The translations under genes were made by a program, and so were the position numbers. From assembly GCA_045863235.1 (NCBI GenBank), contig BTUM01000094.1, positions 1-28,783 on the forward strand: 28,783 bases of DNA. Direction: 5' to 3'. Below the pieces are notes generated by a model. It was given only the letters and a program-made list of their open reading frames with translations. It was not told the origin of the DNA and did not search any database. This document shows, piece by piece, positions 1-7,801 of this stretch (the stretch's first letter is position 1; every line of letters starts with the position of its first letter). Origin of the DNA: Candidatus Xenobia bacterium (GTDB taxonomy: Bacteria; Vulcanimicrobiota; Xenobia; Xenobiales; QWHO01).

Positions 1-1
1 C

Positions 2-46
2 AGCGCGTCGGGCCAGGGCACGCGGGTGGAGTTCTCCCTGCCATGA
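2..46 (+). CDS. 3' end (partial) of probable sensor histidine kinase, HATPase_c C-terminus
   Basis: Own translation from nt 2: SASGQGTRVEFSLP*, resembling the S-x-x-G-x-G-T-x-[FV]-x-x-x-L-P end of HATPase_c domains; only 14 codons visible. Confidence 0.6.
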   Translation, partial: SASGQGTRVEFSLP

Positions 47-48
47 TT

Positions 49-78
49 GCAGAGCCCGCGCCCGGCCCGGGTCTTGCT
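49..78 (+). terminator. GC-rich hairpin after the kinase stop
   Basis: gcagagcccg...cgggtcttgc imperfect stem; no clear U-tract. Confidence 0.3.
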
Positions 79-208
79 GGCCGGCCGCAACGATCGCTTT
101 CTTAGAACCGGCTTCTATCAACCCTGCGCAAAGCGGCCACAGGCTGTGGCTTCTAGACCGGCTGCCCAACGAGGTCCTGTTGTGAAGGCTTGGGCCTGAC
201 CCAGCGAC

Positions 209-224
209 TTGACCACTCGGTCAA
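209..224. promoter_or_regulatory. Palindromic candidate operator upstream of sulfatase
   Basis: Perfect TTGACC-actc-GGTCAA inverted repeat 78 nt before the ATG at 302. Confidence 0.4.
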
Positions 225-301
225 CTCTGATTGCCCAAAAGGAGGATGCAATCCGAGATTGATCCCTGGTAAATTGTGCTAGACCAAAACCGGGGGGGTC
301 G

Positions 302-2581
302 ATGAATAGCATACGCTTTAGTTGGTGGGTGGCCGCCGTGGCATTCCTGGTTGTCCTTGCCGGGTGCGGTGGCGAAATAGAGAACGTTGGCGTGAGCCCG
401 TCAGGCAATTCATCTCAGGGAATCGTCCAGGTCCGACTGTCTGCGCCCGGAGGCGTGGCCCGCAGCGCGAGACTGGAGTTCGAGGGGGAAGCGGTCACCC
501 TCTCCAGGCAAGAGGAGATTCCTGAATCTGGCCTGCTTACTCTGGAGATTCCTCGAGATCGTTACGAGATGGCCGTTCAACTCCAGGACGCTGCGGGAAG
601 CGTCGTTGCCCTGACCCAGGCCCGGGTCGACTTGTTGGAACGAGAATTGGCCACAGTGGACCTGGGAGTTGTCGAAACCGGCGGTCAGGAGCGCGCGCTG
701 GAATCCCCCCCACCGGTCGAGGCTGCCCCGACTCAACCCCCTCCGAATATCGTTCTGATCGTAGCGGACGACCTGGACTTCTTCGACCTCGGCTGCAACC
801 TCGGCTCGGAGGCCCGGACGCCGCGCATCGACCAACTCGCAAGCCAGGGGATGCGCTTTCGAAACTACTATTCGAATGCCGCCAAGTGCTCGCCCAGCAG
901 GGCCGCCCTGCTCACCTCCCGGTCGCCGGCCCGCTTCGGTTGGACGGATGTGATCCAGCCCTATTACCGCTCCGACGGGTCAAGGTTAGGACCCGCCCGT
1001 GGACTTCCCGCCTCGGTGCCGACGATAGCCCAGGTGCTCCAGGACCGGGGTTATGTCACGGGCATAATCGGAAAGTGGCACGTCGGCTTCCGGCCTGACT
1101 ACCGGCCTGCCGTCAGGGGATTCGCCGAGGTGGCTGAGTGGGTTACCCATTACCCTGACTTCAGGACTGGCGGGGGCTTCTACTGGGGATTTCGGATCCT
1201 GGGAGCCGCCTGGGGCCCCGGCACGACCATGCCAGCCTTTGGCCAGCCCGACGCAGACGATCACTACCTGAGCAAGGAACTGACCGACCGGGCGATCGAT
1301 TTCATCAACCGCAACTCGACCCGGCCCTTCTTCCTCTACCTGGCTCACGTCTCGCCTCATGTACCCCTTCATGTTCCGGCTCGCTTCGACAACACGTCCT
1401 TTGGCTACGATCTGACGACCGTCGAGGGAAAGACCAGCGCGATGATCAGCAACCTCGACCGGGAAGTAGGTCGCCTCGTGGACCACATCGACTCCCTCGG
1501 TCTGGGGGCCAACACCCTGATCGTGTTTATCAGCGACAACGGAGGGATCCGGGCCGGACGGACCAGGAACTTGCGACGCCAGGCAGTCATGCGCGGGTGG
1601 AAAGACGCGCTCTATGAGGGCGGGGTCCATGTTCCGATGATCGCGCGATGGCCCGGACGAATCCCTGCCGGGACCGTGAACGCCACGGTCTGCTCCAGCC
1701 TCGACCTTTTGCCCACTTTTGCCAGCTTTTCCGGTGCTGTGCCGCCGGGTGGGATCGAAGGAAGAGATCTGTCCAGCAACCTGACTCGGGGTTCTTGGAG
1801 CCCGGCCCCGGATCTCTTCTGGGTGGCGCCTCGCTTCTACTCCTACGCTGACGCGAAGGCTGCCGGGGCGAGTTATGAGCAGCTCGACCAGTTCGCCATC
1901 CGCTCGGGAAACTTCAAGCTCGTGCGAGGCCCCGACCAGAGCCAGCCAGGTCTCTATGACGTTTCCACATTTCAGGGGGAGTTCACCGACCTGTCCGCCT
2001 CCAATCCCGCGCTCGTGGCTTCCCTGCTCGCCCGCTATAAAAGCTGGCACGCCACCGAGAGTCGCGTCCCCGCCGTGCTGACAACGGTGGGGACGACGCT
2101 GGCGGTTCCCTTCGACTCCCGGTTCGATTTCGCCGATGGCGATTTTACCTTCTCCATCGACGCCATGACCACCAACTTGACCCAGCGACGCACTCTGGCC
2201 GCGCGACCGGGTTGCTGGGAGCTGAACTGGATCGACGACAGGGTAAGGCTCAAGCTCTACGACGACCGCCCCGGCACTCTGGAAGAGAGGGCAGTCTATC
2301 TCCAGACCCAGCCTCTAACCAGCGGACAGATCCACCGCATCTCTTTCTCCGTCTATGGCCAGACCTGGAGGAGCAACCGAATTCTATCCCTCTACGTCGA
2401 TGGCGCTCTGGCTCAGCGTCTCCTGCCGGACGCTTATCCTCCCGGGAAGTCCTTCTACGCCGCCACGCCCAGCGACCAGCCTATCACCGTGGGCTCGAGG
2501 CCGGACGGGACGGCTCGTTTCCTCGGCACAGTGAGCCCTCCTCGCATCTTCACCCTGGCCCTTCCGGTGGACGAGCTCTGA
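302..2581 (+). CDS. Lipoprotein arylsulfatase (Cys-type, formylglycine-dependent) with C-terminal LamG/ConA-like domain
   Basis: Lipobox LAG|C; PNIVLIVADDL; CSPSRAALLT sulfatase signature; GKWHVG; PFFLYLAH-PHVP; SDNG; C-terminal DFTFSI...LSLYVDG...ITVG LamG-like strands. Confidence 0.9.
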   Translation: MNSIRFSWWVAAVAFLVVLAGCGGEIENVGVSPSGNSSQGIVQVRLSAPGGVARSARLEFEGEAVTLSRQEEIPESGLLTLEIPRDRYEMAVQLQDAAGSVVALTQARVDLLERELATVDLGVVETGGQERALESPPPVEAAPTQPPPNIVLIVADDLDFFDLGCNLGSEARTPRIDQLASQGMRFRNYYSNAAKCSPSRAALLTSRSPARFGWTDVIQPYYRSDGSRLGPARGLPASVPTIAQVLQDRGYVTGIIGKWHVGFRPDYRPAVRGFAEVAEWVTHYPDFRTGGGFYWGFRILGAAWGPGTTMPAFGQPDADDHYLSKELTDRAIDFINRNSTRPFFLYLAHVSPHVPLHVPARFDNTSFGYDLTTVEGKTSAMISNLDREVGRLVDHIDSLGLGANTLIVFISDNGGIRAGRTRNLRRQAVMRGWKDALYEGGVHVPMIARWPGRIPAGTVNATVCSSLDLLPTFASFSGAVPPGGIEGRDLSSNLTRGSWSPAPDLFWVAPRFYSYADAKAAGASYEQLDQFAIRSGNFKLVRGPDQSQPGLYDVSTFQGEFTDLSASNPALVASLLARYKSWHATESRVPAVLTTVGTTLAVPFDSRFDFADGDFTFSIDAMTTNLTQRRTLAARPGCWELNWIDDRVRLKLYDDRPGTLEERAVYLQTQPLTSGQIHRISFSVYGQTWRSNRILSLYVDGALAQRLLPDAYPPGKSFYAATPSDQPITVGSRPDGTARFLGTVSPPRIFTLALPVDEL

Positions 2582-2857
2582 GCTCCGCTCGCTGGCCGAT
2601 TTCGAGCTCAGGCTGAGGCCGCTCGAGCAGTTGCCACGAAAGGTTCGGTTGCGAGCCCTTCCAATGGGCTCCGGCACAGGCGCTGCGTCGAACCATGCGA
2701 GGGTGAGCCAGACACGGAAGGAACGTTGGCGGTTAGACCTCAGCCCAGGTCGAGAAGCGCCGGCGGCCGTAGACGAACCCTTCCATTGCGCGCTCGAGCT
2801 GCCAGACGAGCTCTGATGCAACGAAGGCCGGGGGACCCGGGGCCACCTCAGCGAGCC

Positions 2858-3862
2858 TTACTCCTTGCGAGCTTTCACCGCTACCCGCACGCCGCCCACG
2901 ACCACGGCCATGGCGTCTTCCTTGACGGCCGAGCCGGCTCCCACCGTTTTCCAATCGCGCATCTCCTGGCCGGCCTGGTGGATCTCCTTGAGCGACTGCA
3001 GCTGCGGTTCCCAACGGTTGAGCATGGCCTCCACCTGCCGGGCGTTGCCCCGCCGGTTGGCTCCGTACATCAGCGAGCCCATGGTGGCCAGCATCAACCC
3101 TACCCCGAGAGGGGCCAGACCCCAGTGGAAACCGACGGAGGCGATGCAGGTAAGGCTTCCCCCCAGGCCCCAGGGAGCCAGGCGCACAAAGGGGCCCGCG
3201 CCCTCGTCGCGCTCTTTGACGACCGCGCGCAGCTGCTCCAGGCTCTCGGCCGGGTAGCGGCCCAGCTCCTTCAGATCGCTCTCCACCTGCTTGCGAGCCG
3301 CCTCGAATTCAGGCTGAGACTGCTCGGCCAGGCTGCCCCGGGTGGCCTCGAGCAGCCCGCGCAGCTGGCCCACAGTAGCCGGACCGGACAGATCCACCTC
3401 GCTGGGCTCGCGGACCAGGTTGCCATTGCCCGCATAGGTCGAGCCGGTCACGAAACTCTCCAGCGACTGCGCCTGGCCTTTCAGCCAGCTCCCCTTCTCG
3501 TGGCGGTCGTAGGCCAGGATGCCGGTCATGGCTCCCCCAAACAGGCAGATCACGTTCAGTCCAGTCGTCCAGCCCCCCGTGGGGCCTCCGGTTAACACCA
3601 GGCTGCTCGCCAGGGTGCCCAGCATCACCGCGCTGGCCAGGCCCAGGCGATTGCGCCCGGCGTCCATCTTTCCGGCCCGGGCCAGGAGCTCACTGCGCAC
3701 CTCGCCAAGGGTCTCGCCGGGGACCGATTCGAGCAGGTCGATCTGATCGCTCAACCTCGAGTGGGCGGCCTGACTGGCGGGGTTCGTGAGGTGGTTCTCG
3801 AACCTTCCGGCACGCCGGCGCAGATCGGTCAGGATGTCGCTCTTGGCCACAGAAACCTGCAT
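2858..3862 (-). CDS. Hypothetical membrane protein (two hydrophobic hairpins) with C-terminal VVVGGVRV tag
   Basis: 334 aa from ATG 3862 (MQVSVAKS); start chosen because TATCAT lies 6 nt upstream and it avoids overlap with the divergent gene; two pairs of hydrophobic segments. Confidence 0.75.
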   Translation of the reverse strand: MQVSVAKSDILTDLRRRAGRFENHLTNPASQAAHSRLSDQIDLLESVPGETLGEVRSELLARAGKMDAGRNRLGLASAVMLGTLASSLVLTGGPTGGWTTGLNVICLFGGAMTGILAYDRHEKGSWLKGQAQSLESFVTGSTYAGNGNLVREPSEVDLSGPATVGQLRGLLEATRGSLAEQSQPEFEAARKQVESDLKELGRYPAESLEQLRAVVKERDEGAGPFVRLAPWGLGGSLTCIASVGFHWGLAPLGVGLMLATMGSLMYGANRRGNARQVEAMLNRWEPQLQSLKEIHQAGQEMRDWKTVGAGSAVKEDAMAVVVGGVRVAVKARKE

Positions 3863-3868
3863 GAAATC

Positions 3869-3874
3869 ATGATA
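3869..3874 (-). promoter_or_regulatory. -10 box TATCAT of probable leaderless promoter for 2858..3862
   Basis: Minus strand reads TATCAT-gatttc-ATG; no Shine-Dalgarno. Confidence 0.55.
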
Positions 3875-4924
3875 GAAAAGCGCCCTGAAAAGAAGCTGTT
3901 CGACCTCCTGGAGCAACTCTACGCCGAGCAGGGGCTGCCCAGCTCAGCCAGCAACGCGTGCGGCAGTTGCTTTACCTGCTGCACGGCCCGGGGGCTTACC
4001 CGGCACGCCGTGTCCGAGCTCGAGCTGGCCTACCTGGCCGACCGCGTCAGCCCGGGGGCGGCCGACTCCATGCGGCGCTATGTCAGGCGTGAGCGCAGTG
4101 CAGCCGGAGAGCTGCTCCATCCGGTCTGTCCCCACTACCAGGGCGGCTGCACCGTCTATCCCCACCGGCCTTTCTCGTGCCGGGTCTTCGGGCACTTCCG
4201 CGAGCAGGGAAGCCGCCTGCCCCAGGGCTGCCTGCTGGCCGGCAGCGAGCGGGAGTTTCCCCGTGGAGGCACTCTCGACTCGGTGCCCAAAGCCCGAGAG
4301 CTGCGCGTGCTGGTGCGCGAGTTCAGCCTGTACGCGCCGGCTGCCAGCCAGGTCGAGGTCGAGGGGCATTCTGACTCGCAGGATCCGCTCGATCGCGCCC
4401 TGGCCCACGTGGCCGCCCGGCGCTGGCCGGAGGCTCTGCAAGAGCTGAGCCAGGTCACCGAAGAGTCGGCCTTCGGACTGCAGACGCTGGGCCTGGTGCA
4501 GAGCGCCCTGGGCGACCTGAGCGCTGCGGTGCGCGCCTACGCCCGGGCCTGCGAGCTGGCCCCTGACAGCCTGGAGTGCCTCTGCCAGCTTGGCTCGACC
4601 CGCCTGTTCGCGGGCGAATTCGCGCGCGGTGTGCAGGACCTGGAGGCGGTGGTAGCCCGGGCACCCGAGCACGCTGCGGCCCTGAGCATGCTGGGCTCGT
4701 GCTACACCCTGGCCTCGGATCACGCCAGCGCAGCTGGTTACTACGAGCGCGCTGTGCGGGCTGCACCCGACCAGCCCGAGCTGAAGTTGCGCCTGGCCAG
4801 CGCCTACCTCGAGCTGCAGGACGTATGTGCTGCGCGCGAGCAGCTCGAGGCAGCCAGGGCCTTCGAGACCACCCGCGAGGTGGCCGAGCGAGCCCTCCTC
4901 GCGGGAGGATTCGGGCTCGACTGA
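3869..4924 (+). CDS. YkgJ-family (CxxCxxCC) cysteine-cluster protein fused to TPR repeats
   Basis: CGSCFTCC ... CPHYQGGCTVYPHRPFSCRVFG; C-terminal TPR-like units (LG..Y..A..LAP); start at ATG 3869 (MIEKRPE) is uncertain. Confidence 0.8.
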   Translation: MIEKRPEKKLFDLLEQLYAEQGLPSSASNACGSCFTCCTARGLTRHAVSELELAYLADRVSPGAADSMRRYVRRERSAAGELLHPVCPHYQGGCTVYPHRPFSCRVFGHFREQGSRLPQGCLLAGSEREFPRGGTLDSVPKARELRVLVREFSLYAPAASQVEVEGHSDSQDPLDRALAHVAARRWPEALQELSQVTEESAFGLQTLGLVQSALGDLSAAVRAYARACELAPDSLECLCQLGSTRLFAGEFARGVQDLEAVVARAPEHAAALSMLGSCYTLASDHASAAGYYERAVRAAPDQPELKLRLASAYLELQDVCAAREQLEAARAFETTREVAERALLAGGFGLD

Positions 4925-4928
4925 GCTC

Positions 4929-4972
4929 GTGCGGGCTCAACGCGTCCTCATGCGGGCGCGTTGAACCCGCAC
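4929..4972. terminator. 19-bp stem hairpin between convergent genes (terminator or REP-like)
   Basis: GTGCGGGCTCAACGCGTCC-tcatgc-GGGCGCGTTGAACCCGCAC (1 mismatch, 1 G-U). Confidence 0.6.
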
Positions 4973-4981
4973 CGGGTCAGC

Positions 4982-5611
4982 TCAGGCCGAGGCAGCCATG
5001 GCCGGAAGCGCCTTCTTCCAGCTAGCGAGCTCCTGGATGCGGCCGTACCACTTCAAGATGTTGCTGTACTGCTGCAGAGGCACCTGGGCTGCCTCCCAGT
5101 AGAACATCAAGGCCGCGATGGCGATGTCGGGCAGAGTCACCTCGTTGCCCAGGATGAACTGGTTCCTGGCCAGGTGCTCGTCGAGCACGGGAGCAAAGCG
5201 AGCCACCTTGGCCAGAGCGCCCTCCACCACTTTCTCGTCGGTCACGAAGCCCTGAATGAAGTGGGGAGCCAGTCGCTGGAATTCGACCGTGGCCACGCCC
5301 GGGCCCCACTCGCAGTTGGACCAGTCCAGCCACTGCAGAGCCTGAGCCCGCATCTTGGGGTCGGAGGGCCACAGCGATGACTTGGCCTTCTCGGCCAGGT
5401 AAACCATGATGGCGTTGGACTGGTTGAGCGTCAGATCGCCGTCCACCAGCACCGGAATCGTGCAGTTCGGGTTGATCTGCTTGAACTCGGGCGAGAAGCT
5501 CTCCCCACCAGGCAGGTCGATGATCTTTTCCTCGAAGGGGAGGTTGAGATGGTGCAGCACCGTCTTGACCTTGATGGCGTTGGGTGAGCCCGGGTAGTGA
5601 TAGAGAAGCAT
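4982..5611 (-). CDS. Glutathione S-transferase family protein
   Basis: 209 aa from MLLYHYPGSPN; INPNCTIPVLVDGDLTLNQSNAIMVYLAEK and TLPDIA GST motifs; AAAGGA RBS upstream. Confidence 0.92.
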   Translation of the reverse strand: MLLYHYPGSPNAIKVKTVLHHLNLPFEEKIIDLPGGESFSPEFKQINPNCTIPVLVDGDLTLNQSNAIMVYLAEKAKSSLWPSDPKMRAQALQWLDWSNCEWGPGVATVEFQRLAPHFIQGFVTDEKVVEGALAKVARFAPVLDEHLARNQFILGNEVTLPDIAIAALMFYWEAAQVPLQQYSNILKWYGRIQELASWKKALPAMAASA

Positions 5612-5669
5612 AGAGAGAGTGGTTCCTTTCCCCGATTGCCGGAGGATCATGCCCACCGGCGGGAGGTAA

Positions 5670-5684
5670 CTTTCAAATTGCAAG
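5670..5684. promoter_or_regulatory. Candidate HxlR operator between GST and regulator
   Basis: AT-rich imperfect palindrome CTT-T-CAA-A-TTG-C-AAG in the divergent intergenic region; TATCCT -10-like hexamer at 5690-5695. Confidence 0.5.
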
Positions 5685-5721
5685 CAAAGTATCCTGCCAT
5701 GGCTTGGATGGACTTTTTGCG

Positions 5722-6090
5722 ATGAGATCCCCCTGTCCGCTGGCCAACGCCCTCGACCTGCTCGGTGACCGCTGGACCCTGCTGGTCCTGCGCGACCTGT
5801 TCATGGGCAAACGCCGCTTTGGCGACTTTCTCGAGTCCCCCGAGAAGATCGCCACCAACATCCTCAGCGAGCGGCTGCGGCGCTTGGAGGAAGCCGGACT
5901 TGTGGAGAAGCGTCGCTACCAGGAGCGTCCCCCCCGCGAGGAGTATCGCCTGACCCCCAGGGGCGCGGAGACGCTCCCCATCATCCAGGCAGCCGTGCGC
6001 TGGGCCACCAGGCACATTCCCGATACCTGGCGTCCGCCCGAGTCGCTGGCCACCATGACGCCGGAGCAGTGGCTGGAGTCTCAATCCTGA
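5722..6090 (+). CDS. HxlR-family winged-helix transcriptional regulator (redox-sensing type)
   Basis: MRSPCPLANALDLLGDRWTLLVLRDL...RRFGDF...ILSERLRRLEEAGLV...EYRLTPRG; conserved N-terminal Cys; alternative start TTG 5704. Confidence 0.92.
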   Translation: MRSPCPLANALDLLGDRWTLLVLRDLFMGKRRFGDFLESPEKIATNILSERLRRLEEAGLVEKRRYQERPPREEYRLTPRGAETLPIIQAAVRWATRHIPDTWRPPESLATMTPEQWLESQS

Positions 6091-6161
6091 GCCCCATGGA
6101 GCTGGGCCCACCATTCCGATCCGACCGGATTTTTCCCATGCATCTCAGGCTCGGGCCGTGC

Positions 6162-6167
6162 TATGCT
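6162..6167 (+). promoter_or_regulatory. -10 box TATGCT of probable leaderless promoter
   Basis: TATGCT-caggct-ATG(6174); no SD. Confidence 0.55.
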
Positions 6168-6173
6168 CAGGCT

Positions 6174-7637
6174 ATGAAATCACGCGCTCTTACGGTCGTG
6201 CTGGTGCTGCTGCTGGCGGGTGGGGCCCTGGCCACCACCCCCGACGAGGTGCCCAACCCTCGCAAGAAGGGGAGCTGGGTGACCGACCTGGCCGGGGTCC
6301 TCTCGGCCTCCGACCGGTCTCGCATCGACTCTCTGGCCAACGAGCTGCAGCAGAAGAACGGCAGCCAGCTCGCGGTGGTGGTGCTGCACAACACCGACCG
6401 AACCCCCAAGAGCTTTGCCACCGCCTTGTTCAACAAGTGGGGCATCGGTCAGCGCGGCATCAACAATGGAGTGCTGGTGCTGGTGGTGATGAGCCAGCGG
6501 CGCATCGAGGTCGAGGTGGGCGACGGAGCCCGGATCCACCTGCCCGACCAGCGCACGTCCTCCATTTTGCAGAGCTCGGTCATCCCTCACTTCAAGGCCC
6601 AGCGACCGGCGCGAGGCATCGTGAGCTGCGTCGAGGAGGTCTGCGGGGTGCTGCGTCCGGTTCGATTCGCAGTCCGCTCGAAAGTCTACACGGGCTCAGC
6701 GATCTCCGACTTCGCCAACGTGCTGGGGAAAGACTTCAAGCAGAACCTGATCCATCGCTGCGAGAAGCTCTACAGCGAGCACGGGGTGGAGCTGGTGATC
6801 TTCACCCGCCCCCGGGCCCGCAGCGCCGAGCAAGAGTTCCGCGATCTGCAGCTGGGCCCCAATGCCGTGCTGGGCATGATCGCCACCGAGACCGGAACGG
6901 TGGACGTCTATGCCGGAGCGGATGTGAAGAGCCCGGATCTGCAGGCAGCCCGCAAGTACGCCGCGGACAAGAGCTGGGACCTGGCGACCGGCAAGCTGGT
7001 GGGTAGCGTGGAGGACGCTTCCGCCAACCTGAAGGTCGGTCCCCGCAGCGCCGAGGTGGCTCCACCGCCGCGGCGTCCCGTATCCACCACCTCGGTGACT
7101 CGTCGCCAGGCACCCTATCGCTCCAACGCCAATCCGCTCGGCTGGATGATTGTAGCCGGCGGAATCGTCGCCTGTGGTGGGCTCTACCACTATGCCCGCA
7201 ATCGTCCTCGCAAGTGCCCCCAGTGCGGCACCCGCAAGCATCGGATGTCCGAAAGCGAGGACGATCAGCACCTGAGCCGCGAGGAGATCCTGGAGGAGCA
7301 GCTCGGCAGCGTGAACTACGACGCCTGGCTCTGCCCCAGCTGCTCGCACGTCCACACCGAGCGCTGGAATGCCTGGGTGACCGGCTACCAGAACTGCCCG
7401 AGCTGCTCGCGCCGCACGCTGCACGTCACCCGCACCACGGTCGACTACCCGACCTACGACCACAGCGGTCGAGGCCGGGAAGACGGTCACTGCCGCAACT
7501 GCAACCACCAGTCCACCAGCTACTACACCATCCCCCGCAAGACGCGCAGCTCCTCGAGCTCGAGCTCGCGAAGCTCGGGCAGCTCGGGCTTCGGAGGTGG
7601 CCGCTCGTCGGGCGGAGGCTCGGGAGCGAGCTGGTAG
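6174..7637 (+). CDS. TPM-domain (YgcG-like) membrane protein with zinc-ribbon region and Ser/Gly-rich tail
   Basis: Signal peptide MKSRALTVVLVLLLAGGALA; VTDLAGVLS...FNKWGIGQRGINNGVLVLV TPM motif; TM segment; four CxxC; ends SGFGGGRSSGGGSGASW. Confidence 0.88.
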   Translation: MKSRALTVVLVLLLAGGALATTPDEVPNPRKKGSWVTDLAGVLSASDRSRIDSLANELQQKNGSQLAVVVLHNTDRTPKSFATALFNKWGIGQRGINNGVLVLVVMSQRRIEVEVGDGARIHLPDQRTSSILQSSVIPHFKAQRPARGIVSCVEEVCGVLRPVRFAVRSKVYTGSAISDFANVLGKDFKQNLIHRCEKLYSEHGVELVIFTRPRARSAEQEFRDLQLGPNAVLGMIATETGTVDVYAGADVKSPDLQAARKYAADKSWDLATGKLVGSVEDASANLKVGPRSAEVAPPPRRPVSTTSVTRRQAPYRSNANPLGWMIVAGGIVACGGLYHYARNRPRKCPQCGTRKHRMSESEDDQHLSREEILEEQLGSVNYDAWLCPSCSHVHTERWNAWVTGYQNCPSCSRRTLHVTRTTVDYPTYDHSGRGREDGHCRNCNHQSTSYYTIPRKTRSSSSSSSRSSGSSGFGGGRSSGGGSGASW

Positions 7638-7801
7638 CGCCTGGGCCGGGCACGAGCCAGTGGGCTGAGCTCGCTCCGGGCCGAGAGCCAGCAGGCAGTG
7701 GCTAGACGCTTTGGACCAGCCGGACCGGGCTGAACTCTCCGGTTTGAGCTCTCTCCGGCGGAGGAGCCGGATCGCGTTGAGCCCGCTCCTGCCAGCGCCG
7801 A

